Source of the DNA: Desulfatiglandales bacterium
GTDB taxonomy: Bacteria > Desulfobacterota > DSM-4660 > Desulfatiglandales > Desulfatiglandaceae
NCBI GenBank assembly: GCA_963666345.1
Contig: OY762721.1
Coordinates: 320,001 to 384,000 of the forward strand
Direction of reading: 5' to 3'
DNA length: 64,000 nt
Position numbers and translations under genes: made by a program. The first letter of the stretch is position 1, and the number at the start of each line of letters is the position of its first letter. This document shows positions 61,247 through 64,000 of this stretch, piece after piece. The notes beneath the pieces were generated by a model, which saw only the letters and a list, made by a program, of their open reading frames with translations, was not told where the DNA came from and made no database searches.

Positions 61247-62473
61247 ATGCAAAAGCTGATATACATGGATAATGCTGCGACTTCATTTCCAAAGCCTCCA
61301 GAGGTAACCGAGGCAATGGTGCATTACATGAATGAAGTCGGAGCGAATCCCGGCAGATCAGGACATAAACTTTCTGTTGAGGCATCCCACATCGTGGAGG
61401 GAGCAAGGAATAATCTGGCAAGGCTCTTTAATCTGCCCGATCCTTTGAGAATAGTATTCACGACAAATGTCACAGAGTCCTTAAACATGGTAATCTACGG
61501 ATTTCTTAAACCCGGGAATCATGTGATAACCACCTCCATGGAGCACAATTCGGTCATGAGGCCGCTTAAGCACCTGGAAGAAACCTCCCACATTTCCCTT
61601 TCCATCGCAAGGTGTGACCACAAAGGTCTTCTCGATCCGGCTGAAGTAAAAAGGCTTATAAGGAAAGAGACAGCTCTGGTGGTTTTAAACCACGCATCCA
61701 ACGTATGCGGCACTATCCAGGATGTTAAGGCGGTAAAAGGCTTGATCGGAGACATCCCAATCCTTGTCGATGCCGCACAGACAGGAGGCTGTTACCCGAT
61801 CGACTTTCAGGCGGACGGGATGGATTTTCTTGCCTTCACCGGCCACAAAGGTCTTCTGGGGCCTCAGGGAACCGGAGGCCTCTACATTAGAGACGGGCTG
61901 AAACTGAACCCCATTAAGAGAGGTGGCACGGGAAGTGTATCTGAAGAACTGAGACAACCTGAATTTCTTCCTGATGCCCTTGAAAGCGGGACGCAGAACA
62001 ATGTGGGCATTGCCGGGCTGGGTGCGGGAGTGAAATTCCTCCTGGATAAGGGAATAGAAGAGATAAAAGAGCATGAAAAGGCCCTTACAGCCGCTTTCCT
62101 TTCAGGCCTCAGGGACCTTCCGGGAGTGACGGTATACGGGCCTCTCAAGGCCGACCTGCAGACATCCACCATCTCCATAACATTTGAAACCGTTCTTCCT
62201 ATTGACACCGATGATAATTTAAGAGGGTGCGGCTCAATTAACCTTGCATGGATGGATGAAGGAATCCCGCAATCAGAGGCGGGGAAAATCCTGGACAGTG
62301 AATATGAAATCCTGGTGAGAGTGGGACTGCACTGTGCACCGATGGCCCATGAGACTCTCGGCACTTTTCCGGACGGGACCGTTAGATTCAGCATGGGCTA
62401 TTTCAACACCCTGGAACAGGTGAAATACGTGGTAGAGGCGATAAGCCGCATAGCTGAAAATGATATGTCTTGA
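61247..62473 (+). CDS. Cysteine desulfurase/selenocysteine lyase family PLP enzyme
   Basis: YMDNAATSFPKP, EHNSV, DAAQTGG, FTGHKGLLGP, RVGLHCAP. Confidence 0.9.
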   Translation: MQKLIYMDNAATSFPKPPEVTEAMVHYMNEVGANPGRSGHKLSVEASHIVEGARNNLARLFNLPDPLRIVFTTNVTESLNMVIYGFLKPGNHVITTSMEHNSVMRPLKHLEETSHISLSIARCDHKGLLDPAEVKRLIRKETALVVLNHASNVCGTIQDVKAVKGLIGDIPILVDAAQTGGCYPIDFQADGMDFLAFTGHKGLLGPQGTGGLYIRDGLKLNPIKRGGTGSVSEELRQPEFLPDALESGTQNNVGIAGLGAGVKFLLDKGIEEIKEHEKALTAAFLSGLRDLPGVTVYGPLKADLQTSTISITFETVLPIDTDDNLRGCGSINLAWMDEGIPQSEAGKILDSEYEILVRVGLHCAPMAHETLGTFPDGTVRFSMGYFNTLEQVKYVVEAISRIAENDMS

Positions 62474-62488
62474 CCTTGTTACAGACTG

Positions 62489-62929
62489 TTAACCCATACG
62501 GGCCGTGTCGCCGTCAAACAGCCTCGAAAAGATTGATGCGTTGCCTGAAAAGACACTGCACCGTGTCAAGATGAATTCCGCCATCTCCCGACGCTTTGCC
62601 TCATCAAGGCGGTTAAAACTCTCCTTAAAGACACCCTCTTTTTTTATCTCTTTAAGCACCGACCAGATCTGCTCACACGTCATATCGGATGTTACATTTA
62701 TCGCTTCACTTGAAGTGCTTCCGGCAAAACAGGCCTCTGCCTTTTCCAGCAATCGACGGAGACCTTTTTTAATCCTCTCTATTTCAACCTCGAAGTCATC
62801 AAGAGAACCGCAATTCTTTGTAAACGGAACCTTAAAGGCCTTACCTGCGATCTTGATATCCAGCCCCGCTGACAGAGTCTTTTTCTGATCCGCACTTTCA
62901 TCTTCTATGATAATAAAAATTTCTTCCAT
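62489..62929 (-). CDS. Hypothetical protein
   Basis: Protein-like open frame filling the gap between two genes; no recognised motif. Confidence 0.65.
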   Translation of the reverse strand: MEEIFIIIEDESADQKKTLSAGLDIKIAGKAFKVPFTKNCGSLDDFEVEIERIKKGLRRLLEKAEACFAGSTSSEAINVTSDMTCEQIWSVLKEIKKEGVFKESFNRLDEAKRREMAEFILTRCSVFSGNASIFSRLFDGDTARMG

Positions 62930-63091
62930 TATAAGATCCACCCCGAGACATAAAGGCTTTTGCTGCAATCGGGATTATTCTATCCTCGGCCGACCGGCGT
63001 ACACTTCAGTCGAGCTCCATGACTGCTGTCCTCGCTTTACTCAGAGTGCTTAACCCTTGAATCACTCCCAGGGGCCGTAAGGCCTTTTTAC

Positions 63092-63937
63092 TCAGACCTT
63101 CAACTCCGTTTCCTCAATTGCGGCATCCACAGGCAGGTCGGAACCCTTGTCATTTACGAGTCTATCGCACTCTACCTTGAAAGACTCTACCTGTTCATCA
63201 TTTCTTGAGGGATCGTGGTGAAAGAGCAGCAATTTCCCCGCGTTTGATTCCAGGGCAAGATCCACTGCCGAGGAATAATCCGAATGCCCCCAGCCTTTGC
63301 GCGCCCCGATCTCTTGAGGCGAATACTGCGCGTCATGGATCAATAGATCGACATCCCTGCAGAACCGGACAAAATTTCCGGGACGGCTGCCTTTCCATGC
63401 GTCTTCAGTCAATTCGTTGTCGGTAATGAATGCGAGGCTCTTTGAACCCTCTCTGAATCTGTATCCGAAACCTCCCTGGGGATGCTGAAGCGGGATAGTG
63501 TCTATAACTGCCCCATCAATGGCAACAGGACCATGCCTAAGCTTGTCGAGGTGGGAAATTTCAGCCTTGAGATCATTGAATTTTATCGGGAAAAAACCAT
63601 CCCCCAGCCTGTAGTCAAAGATATGCTTGATACCTTTCATGCAGGTGTGTATTCCGTCGACCTCGATTTTTGTGGATGGATTGAATATGGGGGTAAAAAA
63701 AGGAAACCCTATGATATGATCCCAGTGGATATGTGTGATCAGAATAACGATATTCAGTTCTTCCCCGATATTTGCAAGGTGCTCCCCCAATGACCTTATA
63801 CCTGTACCGGCATCAATGATTATTCTTCTGCCGCTTTCAAGGGTAATTTCTATACATGTTGTGTTTCCGCCATAGATAATCGTGTCTTTTCCCGGAACAG
63901 GTATGGAGCCTCTGGTTCCCCAAAATTTTACCTTCAT
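63092..63937 (-). CDS. MBL-fold metallo-hydrolase
   Basis: WGTRGS, GGNTTC, DAGTG, THIHWDH, GWGHS, FHHDP. Confidence 0.92.
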   Translation of the reverse strand: MKVKFWGTRGSIPVPGKDTIIYGGNTTCIEITLESGRRIIIDAGTGIRSLGEHLANIGEELNIVILITHIHWDHIIGFPFFTPIFNPSTKIEVDGIHTCMKGIKHIFDYRLGDGFFPIKFNDLKAEISHLDKLRHGPVAIDGAVIDTIPLQHPQGGFGYRFREGSKSLAFITDNELTEDAWKGSRPGNFVRFCRDVDLLIHDAQYSPQEIGARKGWGHSDYSSAVDLALESNAGKLLLFHHDPSRNDEQVESFKVECDRLVNDKGSDLPVDAAIEETELKV

Positions 63938-64000
63938 ATCTAACCTTCTCTTGAGGCGGGTGAAAATCTATAATAGAAATATCGTTTTTAAGCGCCACAG

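Overview
Bacterial chromosomal window, mostly housekeeping and anaerobic metabolism. Gene content (WtpABC, CCG-domain Fe-S oxidoreductase, system II cytochrome c biogenesis, LPS/Lgt genes, a sigma54 promoter) suggests a Gram-negative anaerobe, probably Desulfobacterota; this is inference. It holds about 55 CDS, tRNA-Leu(CAA), tRNA-Ala(GGC) and a cobalamin riboswitch. No CRISPR, prophage or intact transposase is visible. Signals the ORF track misses: (1) a 430-aa Fe-S/CCG oxidoreductase split by an in-frame UGA at a Cys-equivalent position (NTE-U-GH), followed by a SECIS-like hairpin, i.e. a probable selenoprotein; (2) a 604-bp cassette with terminal inverted repeats and a 6-bp target duplication carrying a decayed four-helix-bundle gene, linked to a dispersed repeat family; (3) a 44-aa membrane peptide inside a sigma54-driven DASS transporter/signalling operon; (4) a candidate structured RNA upstream of an M23 peptidase. 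All calls come from reading motifs by eye; no database searches or folding programs were run.
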